Source: the human T2T-CHM13v2.0 reference genome, Homo sapiens. From it: a stretch of 64,000 nt of DNA. Below the pieces are notes generated by a model. It saw only the letters and a list, made by a program, of their open reading frames with translations. It ran no database searches and was not told where the DNA came from. Every line of letters starts with the position of its first letter. The first letter of the stretch is position 1. This document shows positions 46,149 to 59,742 of this stretch, piece after piece. The stretch lies in the NCBI RefSeq assembly GCF_009914755.1, contig NC_060929.1; one strand, given 5' to 3'. The position numbers and the translations under genes are program-made.

Positions 46149-46415
46149 GTATGTAAAGATAGAAAACAATTCTACTATATAGGGATACATGGAACAGATT
46201 TTGCCAAGGGAAGAAGTTGGGAAGAAAGAAAAATATACCAAAAAATGATCAAGATAATAATATTATATTTTGCTATGCTCTTCTCTCTCATTTTAAAACT
46301 CCATGTTTAAAATATATCTGGCTTGGATTCATTTGTACTAATACATCAAAATGTCCCTATGACAGGGAAACAAATAATTTATGTACTTTTGCCAAAGTCA
46401 AACAGAAAATACATA

Positions 46416-46940
46416 TAGTAGTCCCCTTATCTGAGGTTTTGCTTTTTACAATTTCAGCCACCTGAGGTCAACAGTGGTCCAAAACTATTAAATGGGAAAT
46501 TCCCAAAATAAACAATTCATAAATTTTAAATTCTGCACCATTCTGAGTAGCACGGTGAAATCTTCCATTGTCTCTGTCAGTCCTGCCCAGGTTGTGATTC
46601 ATCCTTTTGACCAGTGTATCCATGTTGTATTATAGACCACTTGTCTGTTAGTCACTTGGTAGCCACCTCGGTTATCAGAAGGGTGAGTACAGTACAATAA
46701 GATAATTTCAGAGAGAGAGACCACATTTATGTAACTTTTACTACAGTATATTATAATTGTTCTATTTTATTATTATTGTTATTAACCTCTTACTGTGCCT
46801 AATTTATAAATTAAACTTCATCATAGTTATGTATGTAGAGGTAAAAACATACTATATATAGGGTTCAGTACTATCTGTGGTTTCAGGCATCCACTGGAGG
46901 TCACGAACATATCCTTCCATGGATAAAAGGGAATTGCTAT
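46416..46940. mobile_element. MER44-type Tigger (TcMar) element
   Basis: Termini agtagtccccttatc / gataaaagggaattgct; internal gggttcagtactatctgtggtttcaggcatccactgg. Confidence 0.8.
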
Positions 46941-46962
46941 ACTTGAAAGCCTACATTGTCCA

Positions 46963-47269
<307 letters not shown>

Positions 47270-48272
47270 CTACATTGTCCATAAACTCAGGAATGGTTTT
47301 AGTAAACATTGAAGTAAATGCATATTTCAATCTGTTATTATAACTACTCATTTTTTAGTATTTCCTGTTCTATCTCTTCCATTTTCCTTCTTTTTTGCCT
47401 AAAAGCAAAGCCATTTAAAGTCTGTCTCCCCAACTCTGGACAAATGGTAGACCAAACCCACAAGTGTGTATTGGGTTTATCCTCCCTCCTCTGCCTTCAA
47501 TAGCTGTTGAAAAATGTAGGTGGTTAAATGAAAGAATTGGGAAGTGACTTTGTGAAGCAAGAGTGGGAGGGAGGCTAATATCTACTTCTGTTTTCTCTTC
47601 TTTTCTTGTAATTCTTTTCTATTCCTTCTTTTCGTCAGCACACACACACACAAATGTCATAATGAAAGAATTTTTATGATCATGCGTATTTTGAAGTAAC
47701 ATGAGCTTTTTTTAAACGGTAAAGTTAAGTGTTCTTAACCGAGTGATTCCTAACATAATAAGAGATAAAAGAGAAAGGAATAAGAAGCATTTTTGGTGGG
47801 AAAGGAGTTAGTGCAATGATTTTGGAAATTAATTTGGAAATATCTGTCATATTCTTAAACACTTTAAATAAGAAATAATTGTTCATTTTTGAGGTGATGA
47901 TGGTATTGTGGCCATATTTTGAAAGAGTCGTCTCTTGGAGATACATATGGATGGTAATATTAACAGATGAAATAACATAATGTCAGAGAGTTGCTTTGAG
48001 ATCAATTCAAAAGTGGTGAGACTAGGGCAGTGGATAGAGATACAGATGATATAAGACTGTTCATGAGTTGATTTTTGAAGCTATTTGAAGAGTATATGGA
48101 GGCTTATTATACTATTCACAAAAATACCCAAGAGATATGGTCAAGAATGTTTAACCATTACAAAAAGTAGAATATGGCCTCTGTCTGTCTCTCTCTCAGT
48201 AAGAGACTGGTTAAATAAATTACAGCATATTCAAAAATGAAACTGAATGTAGCTGTTAAAAAGAATGAGGTA

Positions 48273-48568
48273 GGCCAGGTGCGGTAGCTCACGCCTGTAA
48301 TCCCAACACTTTGGGAGGCCAAGGCAGGTAGATTGCCTGAGCTCAGGATTTTGAGACCAGCCTGGGCAACATGGTGAAACCCTGTCTCTGCTAAAACACA
48401 AAAAATTAGCCGGGTGTGGTGGCGTGCCCCTGTAATCCCAGCTACTCAGGAGGCTGAAGCAGGAGAACTGCTAGAGCCCAGGAGGCAGAGGTTGCAGTGA
48501 GCCAAGATTGCCCCACTGCACTCCAGCCTGGGCAACAGAGTCAGACTTCATCTCAAAAAAAAGAAAAA
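48273..48568 (+). mobile_element. Alu (AluS-type)
   Basis: Full Alu; TSD AAAAGAATGAGGTA(G). Confidence 0.95.
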
Positions 48569-48876
48569 AAAGAATGAGGTAGATCTATGTGGGTTTACAT
48601 GACATCATCTCCCAGATAATAGTACTAAGCGGAACAGCCAAGGCACAGAACAGAATATAATATGATTTCTTTCTATAGCTGTACAGTCATAAAATATTTT
48701 GGAAACATATATAAGGAATTGTTAACCATGGGACTGAGAGTTGAATAGTTGGAAAGAAAGTGGTTCAAGTTAGGTCATATTTTTACTTTTCATTTATAAC
48801 TGCTAGTCTGTTTTAATATTTTACCATGTTACTTTTTAATTTGAAAATAAATTGGGAAGTGGGGTTATTTAAAATA

Positions 48877-49253
48877 CAGTCATATATTGCTCAATGACAA
48901 GGATATGTTCTGAGAAATGCATTATTAGGCAATTTTATCATTGTGTGAATGTTATAGAGTATATTTACGCAAACCTAAATGGTGTAGCCTATTACACACC
49001 TAGGCTTTATGGTATAGCCTACTGCTCCTAGGCTACAAACCTGGACAGCATGTTACTATACTGAATGTTGGAGGCAAGTGTAACATAATGGTAAGTATTT
49101 GTATATCTAAACATAGAAAAGGTACAGTAAAAATATGGTATAAAAGATAAAATTGTTACACTTGTATAGGGCAGCTCCATTATAATCTTGTGGCACCACT
49201 GTTCTATATGCAGTCTGTTGTTGATCAAAATGTCTTTATGCAGTACATGACTG
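48877..49253. mobile_element. Tigger3/MER7-type MITE
   Basis: TIRs CAGTCAT.../...ATGACTG flanked by TA; ttctgagaaatgc and ctcctaggctacaaacctg internal motifs. Confidence 0.85.
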
Positions 49254-49382
49254 TATATGTATTTTTTTATTAGACTATCAGATATTAAGTGGTTTGTATT
49301 TTCATTAGTCTGCATATACTTAATAAAAAATTAAACTAGCAGCATTGATTTGTTAATAATAAGTATTCTATTTCTTCTACAG

Positions 49383-49488
49383 AAAATGGTAGAAACCAAT
49401 GGAAAGAACAATATACTGGATATTCAGTTGGAAAAAAGTAATTGCCTATTAAAAGTAATGCAAGCAAAGGAGGTCTCCATTAAAGAAG
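49383..49488 (+). CDS. CCDC152: CCDC152 second coding exon (106 bp)
   Basis: ttctacAG acceptor, KMVETNGKNNILDIQLEKSNCLLKVMQAKEVSIKE, GTtagt donor; phase 0 to 1. Confidence 0.9.
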
Positions 49489-49879
49489 GTTAGTTATTTG
49501 CTGCCTGAGGAATGCTAATTCTAATGAAAGTGTTTTTCAGTTCAACAGTGATTAATATTACACCATATATTTGTAAAGTGTTTTAAGTCCACATAGAATT
49601 TTCCAGATTATCATCTCATTTATATCCTTACTATAGCCCTGAAAGACATGTAAGATGGGTATTATTACTCTACCTCACCAATGAAGAAACATAGAATGAG
49701 ACAAGTTAAATAATCTTTCTGAGACTGCTCAACTTTCTGAGGCCAATAAGAAATGGCCAATTGAAGTCTCAATACAGGCCTATAAAAACCATAGGGAAAA
49801 AAATTAAGTTGAATTTCTACCTTATAATTACATCAAAATAAATGTCAAATGTGTCAAAAAAATTGTGTTAAAAATGAAT

Positions 49880-50720
49880 CTGTACACATATATTGATTTG
49901 CTCTGTCATCTGAGAGAGCCTAGAGGCAATAATGCCCCACTGACATTGAACATACCTGGTTCCCAGATCTTGGTTCCTTACACCATTCTCTAATAAAAGG
50001 AACCAACGTTTTTTTGAGACATGGCTGATTATAGCACTGGGGCAGGAAATATGCACAATAAGCCTCAAGCATCTTGTAAGGGCAGAAAGTAAGAAAGTCC
50101 TCAAAAAGGAAAAAACAAACAAACAAAAAGCACCCCACAGTGATGGGAGTATGTTGAAAGTGAGACAAAAGCCAACTGAAAGAGCCGAAACTGGAACAAC
50201 ATGAGCTAGCCCAAAGTATAAAATAAACATCCATAAATCCTTACTGATATAAATAAATGATTTAATAAATAAACAATTGGGGAAGAAGACACACATCTTC
50301 TGTGCAGAAGAATTACAAATGACTTTCGTAGATATTTTGCCCTCGAGGAGGAAGAGCATGGCTCCACACTCATTAATCGTGGGCTCAATATAGTCACTTT
50401 CTTTACTATAGTGAAGACACAGTATGGAAAGGGTGAGGGTAGGGGAAAAGTAACTACAAAGTGGAGAAGCCTGACAAATACTACCTCAGCAGAAGATCAA
50501 CATAAATTGTTATATCATATTGATAGTATATACTCTCGATAAGATACAATAAAGATGGCAATTCTGTGGTCTTTCTCCCCAAAACCCATAACCCTAGTCT
50601 AATCATGAAATAAATATCAGAAAAATTCTCATAGACATTACAAAATACCTGATCAGTATTTGCAAAACTGTCAGAGTCATCAAAACTAAGGAAACTCTGA
50701 GATATTGTCACAGCCAAGGT
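49880..50720 (+). mobile_element. Old L1 (L1MC-type) 3'-region fragment
   Basis: cagatcttggttcc...ccattctctaataaaaggaacc...ccccaaaacccataaccctagtctaatcatga. Confidence 0.6.
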
Positions 50721-51070
50721 TTGAAGATATAGCCCTAAAAAGTAAAGTTTATTAAAAGTTAAAAAGATGAAACCACAGAAAAACTAGAAGAGAAATGTAG
50801 GGTTTTTATTTTTATAATGGAGAAGGACTTTCTAAGTGTATGACACAGCATATAGAAACAATCAAAGAAAGGATTTGTACTTTTGACTCTAAAAATTAAT
50901 AAACTTTTTGGAGCAGTTTTAGGTTTACAGAAAAAAATTGAGTGAAAGTACAGAGAGTTTCCGTATACTCTCTCACCCCACCACTTCCCTATTACTAATA
51001 TCTTGCATTAGTATGGTACATTTGTTACAGCAGATGTGCCAATTGATCCACTATTATTAACTAAATTTCG

Positions 51071-51269
51071 ACCAGGCATGGTGGCTCACACCTGTAATCC
51101 CAGCACTTTTGGAGGCCGAGGAGGGTGGATCACGAGGTCAGGAGTTCAAGACCAGACTGGCCAAGATGGTGAAACCCCGTCTCTACTAAAAATACAAAAA
51201 TTAGCCGGGCATGGTGGCAGGCGCCTGTAATCCCAGTTACTCGGGAGATTGAGGGAGGAGACTTGCTTG
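51071..51269 (+). mobile_element. 3'-truncated Alu (AluS-type)
   Basis: Left arm and start of right arm; stops at gagacttgcttg with no tail. Confidence 0.9.
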
Positions 51270-54000
51270 TATATTCAAACATTTGAAGAAGAAATAATAC
51301 CAATCCTACTCAAACTGTTCTGAAAAACAGAGGAGGAGGAGGAGGGAATACTTCCACACTCATTCTACAAGGCTGATATTACCCTGATACCAAAATCAGA
51401 CAAAGACACATAAAAAAAAATAACTACAGGCTAATATCTCTGATGAATACTGATGTAAAAATCCTCAAAGTACTAGCAAACCAAATTCAACAATACATTA
51501 GAAAGATCTTTCATCATGACCAAGTGGGATTCATCCCTTGGATGCAAGGATGCTTCAACATATGCAAATCAACCAATGTGTTACATCATATCAACAGAAT
51601 GAAGGCTAAAAATTATATGACCATTTCAATTGATGCTGAAAAAGGATTTGATAAAATTCAACATTCCTTCATGATAAAAACCCTCAAAAAACTGAGATAG
51701 AAGAAACATAACTCAACATAATAAAAGCAATATATGACAGACCCAAAGCTAGTACCATACTGAATGGGGAAAAACTGAAAGCCTCTCCTCTAAGATCTGG
51801 AACATGACAAGAATGTCCACTGTCACCACTGTTATTCAACATAGTACTGGAAGTCCTAGCTAGAGCAATCAGACAAGAGAAAGATATAAAGGGCATCCAA
51901 ATTGGAAAGGAAGAAGTCAAATTATTCTTGTTTGCAGATGATATGGACTTACATTTGGAAAAACCTAAAGACTCAACAAGAAAACTATTAGAATAAACAA
52001 CTTCAGTAGAGTTGCAGAATACAAAATCAACATACAAAACTCTGTAACATTTTTATATGCCAACAGTGAACAACCTAAAATAGAAATTTAAAAAGTAATC
52101 CCATTTACAATAGCTACAAATAAAATTGAATACCTAGGAATTAACCAACAAGTGAAAGATCTCTATAATGAAAACTGTAAAACACTGATGAAAGAAATTG
52201 AAGAGGACACCAAAAAATGGAAAAATATTCCATGTTCTTGGATTGGAAGAATCAATATTGTTACAATCCCCGTACTACTCAAAGGAATCTACAGATTCAA
52301 TGCAATGCCTATCAAAATACCAGTGACATTCTTCAAAGAAATAGAAAAAACAATCTGAAAATTTGTATTGAACCACAAAAGACCCAGAATAGCCAAAGCT
52401 GTCCTAAGCAAATGAAAAAAACTGGAGGAATCATATTACCTGACTTCAAATTATACTACAGAGCTACAGTAAGCAAAACAGTATGATACTGGCATAAAAA
52501 CAGACACATAGACCAATGTAATAGAATAGAGAACCCATGAACAAATCCACACATCTATAGTGAGCTCATTTTTGACAAAGGTGCCAAGAACATACACTGG
52601 GGAAAAGACAGTCTTCAATAACTGGTGCTGGGAAAACTGGATATTCATATGCAGAAGAATGAAACTAGATTCCTGTCTCTCACCATATACAAAAATAAAA
52701 TCAAAATGGATTAAAAACTTAAATCTAAGACTTCAAACTATGAAACTGTTACAAGAAGACATCAGGGAGATTCTCCAGGACATTGGTCTGGGCAAAGATT
52801 TATTGAGCAATAACCCACAAGCACAAGCAACCAAAGCAAACACAGACAAATGGGATCACATCAAGTTTAAAAGCTTCTGCACAGCACAGGATACAATTAA
52901 CAAAGTGAAGAGACAACCCACAGAATGGGAAAAAATATTTGCAAACTACCCCTCTGACAAGGGATTAATAACTAGAATATGTAAGGAGCTCAAACACCCC
53001 TATAGGAAAAAAATCTAATAATCCAATCCAAAAATGGGCAAAAGATTTGAATAGACATTTCTCAGAAGAAGACATACAAATGGTAAACAGGCATATGAAA
53101 AGGTGCTCAACATCATTGATCATCAGAGAAATGCAAATCAAAACTATAATGAAATCTCATCTCATCCCAGTTACAATGGCTTATATCCAAAAGACAGGCA
53201 ATAACAAATGCTGGTGAGGATGTGGAGAGAAGGGAACCCTCGTACACTGTTGATGGGAAGGGAAATTAGTACAATCACTATGAAGAACAGCCTGGAGGCT
53301 CTTTGAAAAAATGAAAATAGAGCTACCATAGGACCCAGCAATCCCACTGCTGGGTATATACACAGAAGAAAGGAAATCAGTATGTTAAAGAGAGATCTGC
53401 ACTCTTTGTTGCAGCACTGATTACAATAGCCAAGATTTGGAAGAAACCTAAGTGTTCATCAACAGATGAATGAATAAAGAAAATGTGGTACTTATACACA
53501 ATGTAGTATTATTCAACCATAAAAATGAATGAGATCCTGCCATTTGCAACAACATAGATGGAAGTGGAGATCATTATGTTAAGTGAAATAAGCCAGGCAC
53601 AGAAAGACAAACATCATATGTTCTCATTTATGGGATCTAAAAGTCAAAACAATTAAACTCATGGACATAGAGAGTAGAAGGATGGTTACCAGAGGCTGGG
53701 AAGGGTAGTGGGGGGCTGGAAGGGAGGTGGGGTTGGTTAATGAGTATAAAAAAATAGAAAGAATGAATAAGACCTACTATTCGTTAGCACAGTAAGGTGA
53801 CTACAGTCAATAATAACTTAATTGTACATTTTAAAGTAACTTAAAGAGTGTAACTGGATTGTTTATAACTCAGTTGATAAATGCTTGAGGGGATAGATAC
53901 GCCATTCTCCATGATGTGCTTATTTCACATTGCATGCCTTTATCAAAACATCTCATGTACCCCATAAATATATACACCTACTATGTAACCACAAAAATTA
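51270..54000 (+). mobile_element. L1MA-type LINE-1 (ORF2 RT half to 3'UTR), decayed
   Basis: ORF2 peptide fragments ([30 protein letters not shown]) and an L1MA-type 3'UTR. Confidence 0.9.
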
Positions 54001-55901
54001 TTTTTAAGAAATACAATTTTATTTGTTCTAAATCTAATGTCCTTTCTGCTGGATAGTACTTAGCAAAAAGCATAAGTTGTCATAAGAATGACAACTTATG
54101 GAGCCAAGTGTGTAATAATTCACTTAGGAAGGAGGGGCAAACTACACATGATCAAATTTATTCAACAACAAAGAATGATATATGGACATTTTATTTTCTG
54201 CATTTGATGCCAGACAGATAAATAATTTATTTGCCAGTTAAAGATAGTAATAATATTAGTATTGAGAATCAAGTACTGCAGGAAACTCTTTACATGTATA
54301 ATTGCTTTTAATATTTGCAACTATTGTATGAAATACATATTAATATTCATATTTTTGGTTAATCTTAGAGCCCACATTTGAGCTCAAAATGATTATTGAT
54401 TTACTAAATTATACAGTATAAGAAATAGCTTAATATTCTGACCTCTGGTTTTTAGGAAGAATTTAATAGGCCAGCATTTTCAACTTACACAGTAAAGTCC
54501 AACAACAACAACAACAACAAACAGTGTGGATTAAATTTTGCAAAGAGAATTAAAAGCCATTGTTCAAAATTAGTGAATGGTATTCTCGTGAAGAATTTAT
54601 CTATGCTCCATTGTAGAAAAATGTGGTGAGAGAGCCACCTTGTGTTTAAGTTTTGAAAATACACATTTTTGAAACATTCAGTTGCAGGGTTCTGTTCTCA
54701 ATTTACGGATTACTGAAGTAACTTCAGCTACTATATTCTATGAATCACTGGATTCATTATTCTAAAAGGCACAAAGACAAGTGATGGCAGAGTCTGTCTA
54801 TGCCTCTTTAATTTTTGAATTCTATCAGTTAGCACAGTGACACTCATGAAGCAGATTCTCAGCTAATTTCTGTCAAATGTAATTTAACCGTTATTCTCTT
54901 ACTGGGAAATAGCAGGATAGAGAAAATGGAGGATGAGGGGAACTTTGAGTAGATGGTGGGGATGGTAGGGAGAGCAGGGAGGAGTGAAGAGCCACAATAG
55001 CACCTTATAGCATCACAAAGCTTTAAACTTCTGCAAAATACTCTCATTTCTATCAGCATAGTTGAAAAAGTACATGAGACTGAGTGCAGAATCTCTAATT
55101 AAAAGGTGAAAAGTTTTGAATTCTCCCTTCACAGTATTGGTTCTTTCATTCAGTCGACAAAACATATGTTATTTTCATACCAGAGATTCCCTACTTACCC
55201 CTTATCTGCTTCAGCTTACTGTGATATTACCTATCAACCCAATAATCACTGAACAAATATTTGTGGATTGCCTACTATGGACCACAAGTGTCCTAAACAG
55301 TAGGAATCAATAGTAAGCAAAACAAAACAGTCTCTGCTGTTGTAGCCCTAATAGCCAAGTGGATTTCTAAAGTAATGAAATTACCACTACTATTGCTGTC
55401 CATCTTGGCTGTTGCTGGTGGCTACCAATATTATAGTCAAGGCTTGAATGCGCATGTCAAGGCTCTAATATTTGCAATGAAACTTCTATCTTCTATTATG
55501 TCAGCAGCCATTGGCAGCACAGTTGCTGAAGCCTTGGAACACTACTTACTGAGTTTTTACTCCTTTTATTGCTAATCTCTTGGTCTAAGACTCAAGCCTA
55601 AGTACTAAGAGGATAGACTGGAAGATAGAGTAAGAAAAGCATTGTCTTATACCACACAATTGTACCACACATTGTCTTATACCAAAACAATATAATTTGA
55701 CTCCCTTTCCTTAGGATGTTCTTTCCTGGAAGATTTGCATGGACATACTTCTTATAGTTCCCCAGATATATGCAGGTGTGCCTTACTACTTAGGGCAGAG
55801 ATTGCTTAGGCACATGGTAGGACCCATACTATTCTGTGCTTTAGGAAAGTCATTACCAAGTTTTGAAATTCATTTGGCTTAATGAGTGAGTTAAAAGTAA
55901 A

Positions 55902-56200
55902 GGCTCACACCTATAGTCCCAGCATTTTAGGAGACCAAGGGGGGTGGATCACCTGAGGCAGGTGGATTACTTGAGGTCAGGAGTTCGAGACCGCATGGCC
56001 AACATGGTGAAACGCCGTCTCTACAAAAATATACAAAAACTAGCCAGACATGGTGACGCGTGCCTGTGATCCCAGCTGCTCAGGAGGCTGAGGCAGGAGA
56101 ATTACTTGAGCCTGGGAGGCGGAGGTTGCGTGAGCCGACATCGTGCCACTGCACTTCAGCCTGGACGACAGGGCAAGACTCTGTCTCAAAAAAAAAAAAA
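55902..56200 (+). mobile_element. Alu with short internal duplication
   Basis: ggtggatcacctgagg followed by caggtggattacttgaggtcagg; poly-A tail. Confidence 0.9.
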
Positions 56201-56279
56201 ATTATATTTTTCCTTTATATAATTTTATTTAAGGTGCTTGGCTGCTTTATTAATATCTTGTAATTTCAAATTAAATATT

Positions 56280-56443
56280 ATTATTATTATTTTTAGAGAC
56301 AGGGTCTTGCTCTGTCACTCAGGCTGGAGTGCAATGGCATGAGCATAGCCCCCTGCAGCCTTGAACTCTTGGGTTCAAGTGATCCTCCTGCCTCAGCCTC
56401 TTGAGTCAATAGGACTACAAGGCACACATCACCATGCCTGGCT
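56280..56443 (-). mobile_element. Alu monomer (FRAM / AluJ right arm)
   Basis: gagacagggtcttgctctgtc...caccatgcctggct with a (TTA)n tail. Confidence 0.88.
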
Positions 56444-56536
56444 TAAATATTATTTTATTTTAATAATTTCAACTGAGAGAATAATTCCAAAATGAAAGCA
56501 AGGGATTTTAAAATAAATTTATCTTTTATATTTCAG

Positions 56537-56605
56537 AATGTGCTACTCTTCATAATATAATAAAAGGGCTACAACAGACCATTGAATATCAACAGAATTT
56601 GAAAG
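56537..56605 (+). CDS. CCDC152: CCDC152 third coding exon (69 bp); gene continues beyond the window
   Basis: tttcAG acceptor, (E)CATLHNIIKGLQQTIEYQQNLK(G), GTaagt donor; phase 1 to 1; coiled-coil-like periodicity. Confidence 0.9.
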
Positions 56606-57404
56606 GTAAGTTAGAAAAAAAAGTAAAATCTAAAAAAGCATTGTGTATTTGAGCACCTTTAAAAATAGGAAGTTTTTACATGGTTGATAATAAATTTCAA
56701 TTTGTCAGCTAAAAGAGGACTCCTTACTACTTAAAAATACTTTCCTAGATGATTATGAAATAAGAAATGTTATCCTGAACAGAACAATTCAGTCATGTTC
56801 TATCTGATAGTGACATAAAGGGATGTTTTACATAGGTCATATAGTTATTACCTTCAAAAATTTAGAACTCTATTTATTCTCAGTAGCATTCTTGGTCTTT
56901 AATAATCTTGTGTTCAGTTTTGAAGAGTGGATATTACTAGTTAAACCATAATTTTTTATTTAAACCACAGTGATAGTTTACCATTTAATTTTTTTGTCAT
57001 AGACTAAGACTATATTTGTGCAAGTGAAGTCAACACATTCAGCTTATCTTATCTGTAACAATCATGTTAATCAAACAGGCCTACCATTCACAAAACAGAC
57101 CAAGTATTTTGTGCTGTTCTGACTCAGCTGTGATGGCTGTGAGATTTTCTTCTACTATATCAGAGATTAGACTAAATTGCCTTAAAGGCCCCTTCCACAT
57201 AAAACTCACATCAAATAAGCATTTCTCATCTTAGACCTCTGCCTTTATTTTAAAACAAGCACCTTATATATGTGAGATAAAATATTGATCTTATATGTGA
57301 TTCCTGTAATTTGGAGTGTTAAAAAGGGGCACTCATGCTCCTATTTCAATGCCAGGGCTCAAAACAACTTTTCCCTTCCTTGTGACTAAAATACCACACC
57401 CAGC

Positions 57405-58093
57405 TGGGTTCTCTATTCTGTTCCATAATCTACATGTCTTTTTTTTTTTAACAGTGCTGTACTGTTCTGATTATTGTAGCTCTATAATATATTTTGAAAT
57501 TAAGTAGTGCAGTGGCTCCAGGTTTGTTCTTTTTACTCAAGATTGCTTGGGCTATTTGAGGTCTTTTGTGTTTCCATATGGATTTTAAGATTGTTTTGTC
57601 TACTTCTGTAAAGAATGTCATTGGCATTTTGATAGCGATTGCATTAAATATGCAGATCATTTTAGATAGTATGGACATTTTAATAATATTCTTCTAATCT
57701 ATTTATCTGTGTCTTCTTTCATTTCCTTCATCAATGTTTTATTACTTTCAGTGTACAAGATTCTCACCTTCTTTGGTGTACAAGATTCTCACCTTCTTTG
57801 GTTAATTCTTAAGTATTTTTATTGCCATTATGTATAGGATTGTTTCTTAATTTCCTTTCCAGATATTTTGTAATTTGTATATAGAAATGTGATCGATTTT
57901 TATATGTTGATTTTGTATACTGCAACTTTACTGAATCTGTTTATTAGTTCTAATAGGTTTTCTAAGTATATAGTCATGTCATCTGCGAATATGGATAATT
58001 TTCTTCTGTTCTGATTTGGATGCCCTTTATGTCTTTCTCTTTCCTAATTGCTCTAAGATTTCCAACACTATGTTGAAAAGAAGAGGCAAAAAT
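57405..58093 (-). mobile_element. Old L1 ORF2 fragment, minus strand
   Basis: Reverse [28 protein letters not shown]...; includes the ADDM motif (gtcatgtcatctgc). Confidence 0.85.
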
Positions 58094-59340
58094 GCTAAAC
58101 ACACTCCTGAACAATCATTGAGTCAAAGAATAAACCAAAGGAATTTTTAAAGTATCTGAGACAAATGAAAACACAACATACCAAAACCTATAGGATACAG
58201 CAGAAGACATTTTAATGGGGAAGTTTATGGCTGTAAAGCCTAAATTTAAAAGGAAAAAATATATATATATCCAATAAGTAATCTATCTTTACACCTCAAG
58301 GAACTAGAAAAAGAACAACAAATTAAGCCCAAAGGTACTCAAAGGAAAGAAATAATGAAGATTATAGGATAAATCAATCAAATAGAAAATAAAAAACAAC
58401 AGAAAATTTAACAAAACTAGGAGTTTGTTTTTTTTGAAAAAATAAACTAAATTGACAAATGCTTGGCTACACTGAAAAAAAAAGAAAGATGTCAATATAT
58501 AAAAGCAGAAATGAAAGAGAAGACGATACAACTGAAATCCTAGGGGGCGTGAGGAGGATAATAAGGGACTATTAAGAGCAACTATATGCCACCAAACTGG
58601 ATAACCTAGAAGAAATAGTCAAATACCTAAGAATATACAACCTGCCAAAACTGAGTCAGAAATAGTCGGAACACACCAATGACAAATAAGGAGATTGAGT
58701 AAATAATCAAAAATCTCCCACCAAAGAAAAGCCCAGGATGAGGTGGCTTCATGGGAATTCTATTAAACACTCAAAGAAAAAGTAATACCGCTTTTTCTTA
58801 AACTCTTTCAAAAAATAAAAGCAAAGGGAACACTTCCAAACTCATCCTATGAGGCCAGCATCACCCGGACACCAAAATCAGACAAAGACACTGCAAGGAA
58901 AGAAAATTACATCCCAATATCCCTGATAAACACAGACTCAAAAATCTTCAATAAAATACTATCAAATAAAATTCAACAGCCCATTAAAAAGATCATATAT
59001 CCTAACCAAGTGGGATTTATCCCTGGGATGCAAGTATGGTTCTGTATACACAGATCAATCAATGTGATACACCATGTGTTTTCTATTTATTATCAAAATG
59101 AATAGAAAAAAACACATGAACACCTCAATAGATACAGAAAAAACATTTGACAAAATTCAACATCCACTCATGATTAAAACTCTCATGAAATAGGCATAGA
59201 TAGAGAAGATAATAGGCATGGAAGGATCTTGCCTTAACACAATAAAGGCCATAGATGAAAAGCTCACAGCTAACATCATAATCAATGGGAGAAAACAGAA
59301 AACTTTCTCTTTAAGATCCAGTACAAGGCAAGTACAAGTT
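58094..59340 (+). mobile_element. Old L1 ORF2 fragment, plus strand (inverted part of the same element)
   Basis: From the post-EN region (ctcctgaacaatcattg) to gatccagtacaaggcaag. Confidence 0.85.
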
Positions 59341-59357
59341 TTAAAATAGCCTTTCTT

Positions 59358-59742
<385 letters not shown>

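Noticed and set aside
45984-46310. 108-aa single-exon ORF
   Set aside because: Read-through of the CCDC152 ATG exon into flanking introns; only 46062-46148 is coding.
55375-55575. 66-aa ORF with a signal-peptide-like start (MKLPLLLLSILAVAGG...)
   Set aside because: I recognise no homologue, promoter or splice context; short ORFs like this arise by chance. A tBLASTn/PhyloCSF check would settle it.
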